NCBI GenBank assembly: GCA_039024555.1
Contig: JBCCQQ010000001.1
Location: 224,001-288,000 of the forward strand
Origin: Cyanobacteria bacterium P01_D01_bin.156
GTDB taxonomy: Bacteria > Cyanobacteriota > Cyanobacteriia > Phormidesmidales > Phormidesmidaceae
Length of the DNA stretch: 64,000 bases
Reading direction: 5' to 3'
Position numbers and translations under genes: made by a program. The notes under the pieces were generated by a model. It searched no databases. It worked only from the letters and a program-made list of their open reading frames with translations, and was not told where the DNA came from. This document shows positions 9,597 to 20,138 of the stretch, piece after piece. The first letter of the stretch is position 1; each line of letters opens with the position of its first letter.

Positions 9597-11669
9597 ATGG
9601 AATCTTCAGAAATCCTCTATTCTTATGCTTGGCTTATCCCTGTGCTGCCACTCCTCGGTGCAGCAATTGTTGGGGTAGGTTTAATTAGCTACAGCGACGC
9701 TACTAGTAAGCTGCGTAAGCCTAGTGCAGTTTTTATCGTTAGCCTAATTGGGGCTGCGATGGTCATGTCCTTTGGCTTGCTATGGAGTCAATGGAATGGC
9801 CATGAGCCCTATTCATTCATGTTTGAATGGGCATCGGCAGGTAGCTTTAAGCTACAAATGGGCTACACCATCGACCATCTGGCATCGTTGATGCTGGTGA
9901 TTGTGACCACGGTGGCATTTTTGGTGATGGTATACACCGATGGCTATATGGCTCACGATCCTGGCTATGTCAGGTTTTATGCTTATTTGAGCTTATTTAG
10001 TTTTTCCATGTTGGGGTTGGTACTTAGCCCTAATTTGGTGCAAATATATGTGTTTTGGGAGCTGGTGGGAATGTGTTCCTACCTGCTCATTGGTTTTTGG
10101 TACGGTCGCAAACCTGCAGCTGATGCCTGTCAAAAGGCATTTGTTACTAACCGTGTAGGCGACTTTGGCTTGCTCCTGGGTATGCTTGGCATTTTCTGGG
10201 CAACGGGTAGCTTTGAGTTTGACATCATGGGAGAACGCCTTACCCATATGGTAGAGGTTGGCAGTCTGCCCGGTGCGATCGCGGCTTTATTCGCCATCCT
10301 CGTCTTCATGGGACCGATGGCAAAATCGGCCCAGTTTCCATTGCATGTGTGGTTACCTGACGCAATGGAAGGTCCCACACCTATTTCGGCATTGATTCAC
10401 GCCGCCACCATGGTAGCTGCAGGCGTGTTTCTCATTGGCCGCATGTATCCGGTATTTGAAGAAATTCCCGTGGCTATGGATACCATTGCTTACGTGGGAG
10501 CTTTTACCGCCATGATGGGTGCAACCATTGCCATTACCCAAAACGATATCAAGAAGGGTTTAGCCTACTCCACTATGTCCCAGCTGGGCTATATGGTCAT
10601 GGCCATGGGCGTGGGTGCCTACAGCGCTGGTCTTTTCCACTTGATGACCCACGCTTATTTCAAAGCCATGCTATTTCTGGGCTCAGGCTCTGTAATCCAT
10701 GGGATGGAAGATGTAGTAGGCCATAATCCAACCTATGCGCAAGATATGCGTCTGATGGGTGGATTACGTCAATATATGCCGATGACGTCCACTACATTTT
10801 TAATTGGGACCTTAGCCATTTCAGGTATTCCGCCCTTTGCAGGTTTTTGGTCTAAGGATGAAATTCTAGGTTCCACGTTTCAGGTGAGTCCCGTACTGTG
10901 GGCGATAGGCTGGGTAACCGCTGGAATTACTGCTTTTTATATGTTCCGCATGTACTTCTCTACATTTGAAGGAGAGTTCCGCGGTACCAATGGTGAAATC
11001 AAAGAGCAGTTGCGTATTGAGCAGCTACAGAGGATGGGGGCATCTGTCGGTCCTGGTGCCATGAGTACTCAGGAAATTCCTAAAGCAGAAGAGCCTCACG
11101 AGGAGCATGATCATGCATCCGAGCCTCACGAGTCACCTATTACGATGACGTTGCCGCTTCTGGTACTGGCAGTGCCATCTGTGCTAGTTGGTTTGACAGG
11201 CACACCATTTGCTAACTACTTTGAGGCCTTTATTTCAGCTCCAGGGGAAATGGTCACAGTGGCAGAGCTGGCCGAAGAAGTTGATCTCCATGAGTTTGCA
11301 GTCATGGCTGGTAGCTCGGTAGCCATTTCGCTAGTGGGTATTACCCTGGCTGTGTTGATGTATGTGGTCAAGATAATCGATCCAGATGCGATCGCAGCTA
11401 AAATTAAGCCTCTTTATAGGTTCTCCTTGAACAAGTGGTACGTCGATGACCTATACGAGATTGTCTTTGTACAAGGTAGTCGTAAGATAGCCAAAGCAGC
11501 GCTAACCACAGATATTAAGTTGGTAGATGGCATTGTCAACCTAACTGGTTTCCTCACCCTAATTACAGGTGAGGGGCTGAAATATCTAGAGACAGGGCGA
11601 GCCCAGTTCTATGCGCTGATTGTCTTTGGTGCTGTTCTAGGGCTGGTATTGTTATCTGGTCTCACGTAA
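9597..11669 (+). CDS. ndhF1: NDH-1 subunit F1 (NdhF1)
   Basis: WLIPVLPL, FWELVGMCSYLLIGFW, KSAQFPLHVWLPDAMEGPTPISALIHAATMV. Confidence 0.96.
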   Translation: MESSEILYSYAWLIPVLPLLGAAIVGVGLISYSDATSKLRKPSAVFIVSLIGAAMVMSFGLLWSQWNGHEPYSFMFEWASAGSFKLQMGYTIDHLASLMLVIVTTVAFLVMVYTDGYMAHDPGYVRFYAYLSLFSFSMLGLVLSPNLVQIYVFWELVGMCSYLLIGFWYGRKPAADACQKAFVTNRVGDFGLLLGMLGIFWATGSFEFDIMGERLTHMVEVGSLPGAIAALFAILVFMGPMAKSAQFPLHVWLPDAMEGPTPISALIHAATMVAAGVFLIGRMYPVFEEIPVAMDTIAYVGAFTAMMGATIAITQNDIKKGLAYSTMSQLGYMVMAMGVGAYSAGLFHLMTHAYFKAMLFLGSGSVIHGMEDVVGHNPTYAQDMRLMGGLRQYMPMTSTTFLIGTLAISGIPPFAGFWSKDEILGSTFQVSPVLWAIGWVTAGITAFYMFRMYFSTFEGEFRGTNGEIKEQLRIEQLQRMGASVGPGAMSTQEIPKAEEPHEEHDHASEPHESPITMTLPLLVLAVPSVLVGLTGTPFANYFEAFISAPGEMVTVAELAEEVDLHEFAVMAGSSVAISLVGITLAVLMYVVKIIDPDAIAAKIKPLYRFSLNKWYVDDLYEIVFVQGSRKIAKAALTTDIKLVDGIVNLTGFLTLITGEGLKYLETGRAQFYALIVFGAVLGLVLLSGLT

Positions 11670-11684
11670 CACTCTAAGCGGCGC

Positions 11685-11759
11685 AATATCTAACCTCCAA
11701 AAGCATTCAGGCCAGAGCGTTAAACGCTCTGGCCTGAATGCTTTTGGAGGTTAGATATT
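11685..11759. terminator. 75-bp perfect palindrome (37-bp arms, 1-nt spacer) between convergent ndhF1 and ccmR; probable bidirectional terminator
   Basis: aatatctaacctccaaaagcattcaggccagagcgtt-a-aacgctctggcctgaatgcttttggaggttagatatt, checked base by base. Confidence 0.8.
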
Positions 11760-11767
11760 CAAACTTA

Positions 11768-12736
11768 TTAACCGACAGCAGCTGCAGCCGTTTCTTTTGT
11801 AGGTATAGGAGGCTGACCCAAACCTGGCAAGAACTGTTTCGCCAAGGCCGGGCTTTCATCCAGCAGATACTTCAAAAAACTTTCAGCCACGACAGAAAGC
11901 TGCTTGCCTGCTAAATGCCCCACATACCACTGACGAGGAATGGGAAATCCTTCCACATCAAGGATGGCAAATTCACCACTGGTACCCTCGGAAATAATCG
12001 TATGTTGGGACAGAACAGATACACCTAGCCCGCCAGCAATTCCTTGCTTAATAGCCTCATTACTACCCAGCTCTAGACGAACTTTGACATCAACATTGTT
12101 GGCAGCAAATAGCTTCTGTACAGCTTCACGAGTACCCGAACCGGGTTCACGCATGATGAAGGGTTCGTTATTTAAGGCCTCAATGGGAATATTCTTTTTA
12201 CCCGCCAGTGGGTGATCGGTGGGTGCGATTACCACCAAAGGATTATCTAAAAATGGATAGGTTTTGAGATCAGGCTGGTTAGGCAGCTGACTAAAAATAA
12301 ATAAGTCATCTTGATTATTTAACATGCGCTCTTGAATATTTTGGTGATTTGTCACCTTGAGCGAAATATCAATACCGGGATAGCGCTTACAGAATGGACC
12401 TAGAAGACGAGGGACAAAGTACTTGGCAGTCGTAATGACGGCTAAGCTCAGCTTCCCTTGTTTCATGCCCTTGAGATCCGCAATTGACATCTCAAACTGC
12501 GCTAAACCCTCAAAAATTTCTTGACAAGTTTCTAACAGCTTTTTCCCCGCCTGCGTGAGATATAGGCGTTTGCCTATTTGTTCAAATAAAGGCAAACCAA
12601 CAGCCTTTGTAAGCTGCTTGACTTGTATTGAAACCGTTGGCTGGGTTAAATAAAGTTCTTCAGCTGCCCGGGTAAAGCTACCGTGGCGCGCAGTGGCCTC
12701 AAACACCTTAAGTTGATGGAGCGTCGCATGAATCAC
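11768..12736 (-). CDS. ccmR: LysR-type regulator NdhR/CcmR (CbbR family)
   Basis: ATLHQLKVFEATARHGSFTRAAEEL; AVITTAKYFVPRLLG; VRLELGSNEAIKQ; closest in recalled sequence to NdhR/CcmR, CmpR not fully excluded. Confidence 0.85.
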   Translation of the reverse strand: MIHATLHQLKVFEATARHGSFTRAAEELYLTQPTVSIQVKQLTKAVGLPLFEQIGKRLYLTQAGKKLLETCQEIFEGLAQFEMSIADLKGMKQGKLSLAVITTAKYFVPRLLGPFCKRYPGIDISLKVTNHQNIQERMLNNQDDLFIFSQLPNQPDLKTYPFLDNPLVVIAPTDHPLAGKKNIPIEALNNEPFIMREPGSGTREAVQKLFAANNVDVKVRLELGSNEAIKQGIAGGLGVSVLSQHTIISEGTSGEFAILDVEGFPIPRQWYVGHLAGKQLSVVAESFLKYLLDESPALAKQFLPGLGQPPIPTKETAAAAVG

Positions 12737-12788
12737 GGGCTGAGTCCTCGTTGCGGCTGTTATTGGATGAATCGTAACTGGTTGTTCA

Positions 12789-12804
12789 ATAGACTCTATT
12801 CTAT
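12789..12804. promoter_or_regulatory. NdhR/CcmR-type operator ATAG-N8-CTAT
   Basis: ATAG actctatt CTAT in the 98-bp divergent gap between ccmR and chrA. Confidence 0.7.
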
Positions 12805-12834
12805 CAAAGAAACCTATTTGCGTGGATTTTTTCT

Positions 12835-14010
12835 ATGAATACTCAGATAATACGGCTTCAAAATTTAGCTGTTTTATTTTTCAAGCTTGGCGCAATTGGT
12901 TTTGGTGGGCCTCAAGCCCACATAGCCATGATTAACAATGAGGCCGTAGAGCAACGGGGCTGGTTAGATGAAGATGACTTTAGTGATGGGCTGGCAGTCT
13001 GTGAAATGCTACCTGGTCCAGCCTCTACTCAGATGGGCATCTATACCGGCTATGTCTATGGTGGCTGGTTAGGAGCACTCGTATCGGGATTAGCATTTGT
13101 GACGCCTGCATTCTTCATTGTGGTGGGGTTGAGCTGGGTTTATTTTCAATTCCAACAACTACCGCAACTCAAAGCACTCTTTTTTGGCCTATCCCCCGTT
13201 ATGATTGCCATCATTTTGGGATTTTGCTATAAGCTGGGGCGCAAATCGATTCAAAACTGGCTGGGTATAGCTATTGCAGCGTTAGCATTTTTAGCCAGTG
13301 CCTTTAGCAGCCTCAGCACTCCTATTTTATTTTTATTGGCTGGGTTAGTGGGTATGGGGCTTTATGGACCCAAGGGACTGCAGCTCAATAGTTTTATGCC
13401 GCTGAGCCTATTGGCTATCGTTCCAACTAATTTTTGGGGAACTGAACGAATACAGGAGTATGGCTGGCCATTATTCACCTTTTTTCTAAAGGTTGGCACA
13501 TTTATTTTTGGCGGTGGGTTAGTGATTATCCCCTTACTGGAATTTGAAGTGGTAGAGCGTCTGGAATGGCTTTCAACCGCAGACTTTATCAATGGCGTGG
13601 CCATCGGTCAGCTAAGTCCAGGACCTGTCGTACTAACAGCAGCATTTGTGGGATACAAGATGGCGGGCTTTTGGGGGGCTTTAATCTCAGCGGTCGGTAT
13701 TTTCACACCATCATTTTTATTCATTATGTTGGCAGCCCCCCTTCTAGTGCGGTTACGTCAAAATCCCTGGGTACAGGCATTTCTTAAAGGGATTAAACCA
13801 GCAGTTGTAGGGGCAATCATGGCTGCTGCCGTACCGTTAGGGAAAACAGCTTTTGGACAACCAAATGTAGCTCTTTCAGCATTGGCAGTGCTTATTGCGA
13901 TTTCATCCCTAGTAGCCATCATTCGTCTGAAAGTTACGGCTTGGAAGCTCATCTTGGCGGGAGCTCTTGTTGGTTTAGTGAGCTATTCCTTGCTGGGTGG
14001 TGGAGCCTAG
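12835..14010 (+). CDS. chrA: chromate ion transporter (CHR family, long chain)
   Basis: Two repeats: FFKLGAIGFGGPQAHIA...LPGPASTQ and FFLKVGTFIFGGG...GQLSPGP. Confidence 0.93.
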   Translation: MNTQIIRLQNLAVLFFKLGAIGFGGPQAHIAMINNEAVEQRGWLDEDDFSDGLAVCEMLPGPASTQMGIYTGYVYGGWLGALVSGLAFVTPAFFIVVGLSWVYFQFQQLPQLKALFFGLSPVMIAIILGFCYKLGRKSIQNWLGIAIAALAFLASAFSSLSTPILFLLAGLVGMGLYGPKGLQLNSFMPLSLLAIVPTNFWGTERIQEYGWPLFTFFLKVGTFIFGGGLVIIPLLEFEVVERLEWLSTADFINGVAIGQLSPGPVVLTAAFVGYKMAGFWGALISAVGIFTPSFLFIMLAAPLLVRLRQNPWVQAFLKGIKPAVVGAIMAAAVPLGKTAFGQPNVALSALAVLIAISSLVAIIRLKVTAWKLILAGALVGLVSYSLLGGGA

Positions 14011-14181
14011 ATATATAGATAGGGTTCGAACAAGCCGGATAGGGCCTAAGCTTTAAGTTCGAAGTTTTGAGTTATTACCCATAAAAGAGTTCACACAGCC
14101 CTAGAATTTCGAGAATACCATCTATCATTCAAAGCTCAAAACTCTTGCTAGGTTTAACGAATTACCGCTCATTTTCTAACC

Positions 14182-15258
14182 ATGCATCTTCAACCTCACC
14201 ATCGACTTGCTATTTTGCTCCACAGCGGGATCACCGGAACAAAGGGCAAAACAGGTCTAGCCTTGCTGCGGTATAGCCATAATCCCATTGCTGTTGTTAT
14301 TGATGAAACCTGTGCAGGCCAATCCTTAAAGACACTAACTGGGATCGATCGTGAAATTCCTATCGTTGCAACAATGGAAGCGGCGCTAGCTTATGACCCA
14401 GATGTTCTAGCAATTGGATTAGCACCCTCAGGAGGGCGTTTGCCAGAGCCATGGTTAGACGAGGTACGAACGGCAATCTCATCAGGTGTTAGTGTAATGA
14501 ACGGTTTACACACCTACCTGAATGATGACCCTAGTCTTACTCAATACTTAGACCTAGAAAAGCATCCTGATCAGTGGCTTTGGGATATGCGGCAAGAACC
14601 TTCAGGGCTCTCTGTTGGATCTGGTCAAGCGCGTCATCTAAACTGTCATCGAGTGTTAGCAGTCGGTACTGATATGGCTGTAGGAAAGATGTCTACCTGC
14701 ATTGAGCTAAATCGGTCCACTCAGTCAAACGGATTATCATCCCAGCTGATTGCAACTGGGCAAACCGCACTCATGTTAGGTGCCCCAGGTATAGCCCTTG
14801 ATGCTGTACGGGTGGATTTTGCAGCAGGCGCAGTGGAACAAGCTGTACTAGCTCAGGGCAATAACCATGATGTTCTTTATATCGAAGGCCAAGGCTCACT
14901 TCTGAATCCTGCATCAACAGCCACATTACCCTTGCTACGAGGCGGTCAGCCGACACATCTAGTACTGGTACACAAAATGAACCTAACGCACATCCAGCAC
15001 TTTCCTGATTTTGCGATTCCCAGCTTGGAACAAGTTATTCACTTATACGAAACAGTTGCCAGTGCAGGCAGCACATTTACCTCCCCTAGGATAGTCGGCA
15101 TTGCCCTAAACACCTTCGGCGTAGAAGAAAATGAAGCTAGGCATGCTATTGCGGCACTATCAGACTCCACAGGATTGCCATGTACAGACGTAGTGCGTTT
15201 TGATGCAGAAATAATTTTAGATGCCGTCCTAGAAAATAGCCAGCACACTATTGTTTAA
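14182..15258 (+). CDS. DUF1611 domain protein (DgcN-like P-loop protein)
   Basis: GKTGLALLRY, NGLH, VGTDMAVGKM, ATGQT, IEGQGSL motifs. Confidence 0.88.
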   Translation: MHLQPHHRLAILLHSGITGTKGKTGLALLRYSHNPIAVVIDETCAGQSLKTLTGIDREIPIVATMEAALAYDPDVLAIGLAPSGGRLPEPWLDEVRTAISSGVSVMNGLHTYLNDDPSLTQYLDLEKHPDQWLWDMRQEPSGLSVGSGQARHLNCHRVLAVGTDMAVGKMSTCIELNRSTQSNGLSSQLIATGQTALMLGAPGIALDAVRVDFAAGAVEQAVLAQGNNHDVLYIEGQGSLLNPASTATLPLLRGGQPTHLVLVHKMNLTHIQHFPDFAIPSLEQVIHLYETVASAGSTFTSPRIVGIALNTFGVEENEARHAIAALSDSTGLPCTDVVRFDAEIILDAVLENSQHTIV

Positions 15259-15287
15259 CTAGCAAAAAAGTACGGTCTTCTAAAAAC

Positions 15288-15512
15288 CTACTTTTTCCTT
15301 AGGCGATATGTAATACGCCCTTTAGTCAAATCATAGGGAGTCAGCTCAACCTTGACACGATCACCAGGCAATATCTTGATGTAGTTACGACGAATCTTGC
15401 CAGAGATGTGGGCTAGAACATTAAAACCGTTATCTAGATCTACCCGAAACATAGCATTTGGAAGAGATTCAGTTACAGTCCCTTCCATCTCAATTAAATC
15501 TTGCTTAGACAA
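15288..15512 (-). CDS. infA: translation initiation factor IF-1
   Basis: TTG start, (M)[23 protein letters not shown]. Confidence 0.97.
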
Positions 15513-15759
15513 GTACCTAATCCTCCAATCAGCTAAATTAAACACAAAGCGGATGAACTTTATATGTCCATCCGCTTCAATTTCAGAAAATTCCCACTAA
15601 ACTAAGGAATTTAACCTGTTCATGCGTCGAACAAACTCGGAATAGCCCCTTCAACATTACTAGCCTTACGGCAGCATTGATCTCAGGTTAACAAACAACA
15701 CGATAAATTCCATAGATCCATTACTGCAGATAACCCTAATGGATTTAGACAAAACAAGA

Positions 15760-16317
15760 TCAAGATTGTAAAACTTGCTCTAAATCCGAAGTTACCGCAT
15801 CCATTGACTGATGCCCATTAACCGATACTAGCTGTTGTCGCTTCTTATAAAACTCAATCAATGGTTCCGTCTGCTGGCGATAAACTTCCAAGCGATTGCG
15901 AATCACAGACTCACTATCGTCTTTACGACCGCGAGCCAATAATCTCGTAACCAAAGTATCATCTGGCACTTCTAAATTCAGCACACATTCACAGGGCTGC
16001 TCAATTTCAACCAGCAATTTATCAAGAAACTCGGCCTGAATAACGTTTCGTGGGAAACCATCCAGAATCCACCCATCCAGTGCATCATCCTGATTCAATC
16101 GCCCACGAATTAAGTCAAGAATTAGATCATCAGGTACAAGTTCGCCCGCATCCATGTAAGATGCCGCTTTCTGCCCCAAATCGGTTTTAGCCGCCACTGC
16201 CGAACGCAGAATATCCCCTGTAGAAATATGAGGTACACCGGCACCCTCGGATAAAACTGCCGCCTGAGTTCCTTTACCAGCCCCAGGAGGCCCCAAAAAA
16301 ATCACTCTTATTGCCAC
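15760..16317 (-). CDS. adk: adenylate kinase
   Basis: GPPGAGKGTQA, HISTGDILR, LDGFPR. Confidence 0.97.
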   Translation of the reverse strand: MAIRVIFLGPPGAGKGTQAAVLSEGAGVPHISTGDILRSAVAAKTDLGQKAASYMDAGELVPDDLILDLIRGRLNQDDALDGWILDGFPRNVIQAEFLDKLLVEIEQPCECVLNLEVPDDTLVTRLLARGRKDDSESVIRNRLEVYRQQTEPLIEFYKKRQQLVSVNGHQSMDAVTSDLEQVLQS

Positions 16318-17639
16318 TATTTTTTCACCATACCTTCGTAACGTTGGGAGATAACATAGGTCTGAATCTGCTTAGCCGTATCGATAGCCACACCTACCAG
16401 AATCAGAAGAGACGTTGCTCCCAACCCTTGAAAAACTGTGACTCGCAGGCCGCTTTCAACCATGCTAGGAACTACAGCAACCACACCTAAGAATATCGCT
16501 CCCAAAAACGTCAAACGATTTAAAACCTTACCGATAAAATCACTGGTTGCTTTTCCAGGCCGGATTCCTGGAATACTTGCTCCCATTTTCTTTAAGTTCC
16601 GAGACATATCTTCAGGATCTACCACCAGCGAAGCATAGAAGTAGCTGAAGAACAAAATCATAACCAGATACATCAAGTTGTAGGGCAGCGATCCTGGACT
16701 CAGAAAGCTATTTACAAAATCCGATACCCCTTGATTAGACAAAGTTCTTGCAATGTAGGGCGCAGCCTGTAAGGGCAAAACCAATATTGCGGATGCGAAA
16801 ATAATCGGCATCACACCACCTTGATTTAAGCGCAAGGGCAAGTAATTACTCTTCTCCAAATACAGCTTTCGACCCACCTGACGACGTGCTGAAACTATGG
16901 GAATACGACGCATTCCCTCTTGAACAAACACAATACCTACAACCATAGCCAAGTAAACAAGGCTCACAACAACAATACCAGCCACCTCTTGACGAGTAGA
17001 AGTTGGGTTCTGAGCAACAGTTACAGCACTATCTAAGAGTCGAGGAAGAGACGAAACAATATTCAAAAATATTAAGAGAGACGCACCATTACCGACACCA
17101 CGCTCTGTAATTAGCTCACCTACCCACATAACAAACATGGAGCCAGCAGTTAGAGTAATCGCGGTCTCCACAATAAATGGAATGCCTGGTTGATTCGCGA
17201 ACGGACTGAGTAAAAAGCTTGCCAACAATGTACTCTGCAAAACTGCCCAACCCATCGCCACATAGCGTGTAATCTGAGAAATCTTACGACGACCGGCCTC
17301 ACCCTCATTTTTCTGCAAATCTTCCAGCTGAGGAATGGCAGCTGTCAACAACTGCATAATGATAGATGCGTTGATGTAAGGCAAAATCCCAAGCGCAAAA
17401 ATGCCTAGCAAGGATAAACCGCCACCAACAAAGATATCCAAGAATCCCAACAATCCACCAGCACCTACCTGCTGAGAAAAGGCAACACGATCAATACCTG
17501 GCACAGGTATATACATGCCCAGACGAACTAATACTAAAAGCCCAAGAGTAACTAGTATGCGACCGCGCAGACCAGCTGCTTGAGCCATCTGCAAAAAAGT
17601 TTCTTGAGCACTGGGTGCCTTGCCTCGACTGACGACCAT
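16317..17639 (-). CDS. secY: preprotein translocase SecY
   Basis: FALGILPYINASIIMQLL, GVMPIIFAS, IPGIRPG. Confidence 0.98.
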   Translation of the reverse strand: MVVSRGKAPSAQETFLQMAQAAGLRGRILVTLGLLVLVRLGMYIPVPGIDRVAFSQQVGAGGLLGFLDIFVGGGLSLLGIFALGILPYINASIIMQLLTAAIPQLEDLQKNEGEAGRRKISQITRYVAMGWAVLQSTLLASFLLSPFANQPGIPFIVETAITLTAGSMFVMWVGELITERGVGNGASLLIFLNIVSSLPRLLDSAVTVAQNPTSTRQEVAGIVVVSLVYLAMVVGIVFVQEGMRRIPIVSARRQVGRKLYLEKSNYLPLRLNQGGVMPIIFASAILVLPLQAAPYIARTLSNQGVSDFVNSFLSPGSLPYNLMYLVMILFFSYFYASLVVDPEDMSRNLKKMGASIPGIRPGKATSDFIGKVLNRLTFLGAIFLGVVAVVPSMVESGLRVTVFQGLGATSLLILVGVAIDTAKQIQTYVISQRYEGMVKK

Positions 17640-17723
17640 AGGTTTAGATTCTTATTAAAGATAAGCTGCACCTGGGGCAGAACCCAAAGCACAGCTAGCA
17701 ATATGTAAGCTCATTTTAGAGGC

Positions 17724-18170
17724 TTATGCCACGATTTCACAGGTACCACCGGCAGCCTCAATCTTAGACTTTGCACTTTTTGTGAAAGCAGCAGCTTTCA
17801 CCGTCAAACTCACATTCAAATCACCATCTCCTAAGATTTTCAGAGGGCCGTCGTTAGATGTAATAATGCCCGTCTCTATAAGAGAATCCATTGTCACTTC
17901 TGTGCCTGCAGCCAAACCAGCCAGACTTGCGACGTTAAGGACCGTATACACCTTCCGATTCACAATTGGAAAGTGCTTTAACTTTGGAATTCGCCGGTAT
18001 AAAGGAAGCTGACCACCTTCAAATCCAGGACGTGTAGGACGACCAGAACGCGACTTCTGACCACGCATTCCAAAACCACACGTAGCTCCCTGGCCTGCTG
18101 AAATACCTCTACCTAAACGACGACGACGGCGTCTCGAACCGGCTTTAGGCTGCGCATCCTCTAGTCTCAT
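17724..18170 (-). CDS. rplO: 50S ribosomal protein L15
   Basis: [36 protein letters not shown]. Confidence 0.97.
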   Translation of the reverse strand: MRLEDAQPKAGSRRRRRRLGRGISAGQGATCGFGMRGQKSRSGRPTRPGFEGGQLPLYRRIPKLKHFPIVNRKVYTVLNVASLAGLAAGTEVTMDSLIETGIITSNDGPLKILGDGDLNVSLTVKAAAFTKSAKSKIEAAGGTCEIVA

Positions 18171-18205
18171 CGTTCTAAATCCCAATAAATCCCAATAATC
18201 TAAAC

Positions 18206-18730
18206 CTAAGCGTAGAGCTTCTCAAGAGGAATCCCTCGCTCTTTAGCGACTTCTGAAAATGTTCTGAGTGCAGCCAAAGCATCCGCTGCTGCTCGAGCAT
18301 TATTTAACTGGTTACCTGAACCCAGCTGCTTAGCCAGAACATTACGAACACCGGCAAGTTCTAAAACAGTGCGCACAGCACCGCCGGCAATTACCCCCGT
18401 ACCAGGAGCTGCCGGGCGCATAAAGACCCGTGCACCACCGGCTTCACCAGTCGAAGGGTGGGGTAATGAGTAAGACTTTGTCAGTGGCACATCCACTAAG
18501 TTCTTCTTACCATCGGCAACACCTTTCTTGACAGCACCGATCACATCACTTGCCTTACCAACACCAACACCTACTTGGCCTTTCTCATTACCAATGACCA
18601 CAATGGCTCGAAAGCTTAACTTCTTACCACCCTTAACCACCTTAGTAACGCGGCGAATTTGTACCACTCGCTCCTGCCATTCCGAGTCTTTCTCTTTACC
18701 CTTGTTGCCTTTACGACGTTCCTTTGCCAT
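18206..18730 (-). CDS. rpsE: 30S ribosomal protein S5
   Basis: [26 protein letters not shown]. Confidence 0.98.
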   Translation of the reverse strand: MAKERRKGNKGKEKDSEWQERVVQIRRVTKVVKGGKKLSFRAIVVIGNEKGQVGVGVGKASDVIGAVKKGVADGKKNLVDVPLTKSYSLPHPSTGEAGGARVFMRPAAPGTGVIAGGAVRTVLELAGVRNVLAKQLGSGNQLNNARAAADALAALRTFSEVAKERGIPLEKLYA

Positions 18731-18752
18731 GATTTAAAACCTTATTAGAGTC

Positions 18753-19109
18753 CTAGAAATCCAGACCAGCTTCACGAGCAGCTTCTGCTAAAGCCGCAAC
18801 TCGACCATGATACAGATTACCACCACGATCAAAAACGACCTGCTTAATCCCCTGTGCCAGAGAGCGTTCAGCAACCAGCTTGCCAACTTTCGCCGAGGCT
18901 TCCTTAGTAGCTCCGCTACCATCGCCCTTAGCATCAGCATCTAATGTGGATGCAGCAGCCAAAGTGTGATGTTGATAATCATCAATAACCTGAGCGTATA
19001 TATGATTATTAGAACGATAGACTGCAAGCCTTGGACGCTCAGCAGTACCTTTTATCCGACGACGGATACGTGCATGGCGACGCTGGGTAGATTGTTTACG
19101 CGTAGTCAT
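18753..19109 (-). CDS. rplR: 50S ribosomal protein L18
   Basis: [23 protein letters not shown]. Confidence 0.98.
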   Translation of the reverse strand: MTTRKQSTQRRHARIRRRIKGTAERPRLAVYRSNNHIYAQVIDDYQHHTLAAASTLDADAKGDGSGATKEASAKVGKLVAERSLAQGIKQVVFDRGGNLYHGRVAALAEAAREAGLDF

Positions 19110-19117
19110 TTCTCTAA

Positions 19118-19654
19118 TTACTTCCCTGCTTTACCAGCCTTACGTCTAACCATCTCACCGAGATAGCGTACTCCTTTACCTTTATAGGGTTCAGGGGGTC
19201 GAGCATCACGAATCTTAGCAGCAATGGTCCCAACTAGCTCTTTATCAATCCCGCTAACAATTACATTAGTATTGCTTTCCACCTTGAACTCAATACCAGC
19301 AGGCGGGTCGAATTCCACCGGATGGCTGTAGCCAAGGTTCATATTTAAAGTTTTACCTTTTACTGCAGCACGGTAACCTACCCCCTTGATTTCAAGGCGC
19401 TTTTCAAAGCCCTTAGATACGCCCTCTATCATGTTGGCAATCAAAGTACGAGATAAGCCATGATAAGCCCGGGATGTGCGTGAATCATTCTGACGAGCCA
19501 CAACTACTTCGCTACCATCCTGAGAAATGTTAACCCCATTAGGCAGCGTACGCGATAACTCTCCCTTAGGGCCTTTCACGACTACTGATTGATTATCAAT
19601 AGACACGCTTACACCCGAAGGTATAGGCACCGGTTTTTTACCAATCCGAGACAT
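19118..19654 (-). CDS. rplF: 50S ribosomal protein L6
   Basis: [18 protein letters not shown]. Confidence 0.98.
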   Translation of the reverse strand: MSRIGKKPVPIPSGVSVSIDNQSVVVKGPKGELSRTLPNGVNISQDGSEVVVARQNDSRTSRAYHGLSRTLIANMIEGVSKGFEKRLEIKGVGYRAAVKGKTLNMNLGYSHPVEFDPPAGIEFKVESNTNVIVSGIDKELVGTIAAKIRDARPPEPYKGKGVRYLGEMVRRKAGKAGK

Positions 19655-19716
19655 TTTGAATCCTTTCCTAACCGCCAAAAACGGCAGTGCAAACAACTAT
19701 TAATCGATTAGATGTA

Positions 19717-20118
19717 CTACCAGACGTAACAAAGAACTTCACCACCTACCCCTTTGTTGCGAGCATCTCTGTCAGTCATGATGCCACTCGAAGTAGAAAC
19801 AATAGCGATACCAATACCACCTAATACTCGAGGTAAATCTCTATAACTCGAATACACTCGCAAACCGGGCTTACTCACACGAGTCAAATTGCGAATAATA
19901 GGCTTCTGGGTCTTACCCTTGTACTTAAGGCTAAGAGTCAGCATTTGAACGACACCTTCTGTTGACTCTGAGGTGTCACCAATAAACCCTTCTTCTTGCA
20001 ACACCTTGGCAATGTTGCGAGTAACTTTGGTGGATGGAATTTGGACAGTCCTATGCCGCGCAAGATTGGCATTTCGAATGCGCGTCAGCATGTCTGAAAT
20101 TGTATCGTTAGACGCCAT
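19717..20118 (-). CDS. rpsH: 30S ribosomal protein S8
   Basis: [23 protein letters not shown]. Confidence 0.98.
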   Translation of the reverse strand: MASNDTISDMLTRIRNANLARHRTVQIPSTKVTRNIAKVLQEEGFIGDTSESTEGVVQMLTLSLKYKGKTQKPIIRNLTRVSKPGLRVYSSYRDLPRVLGGIGIAIVSTSSGIMTDRDARNKGVGGEVLCYVW

Positions 20119-20138
20119 ATTTCTCTCTCGTATAAACC

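Noticed and set aside
9597..11669. ndhF1 not followed by ndhD1
   Set aside because: The linkage varies among cyanobacteria and the gene itself is intact
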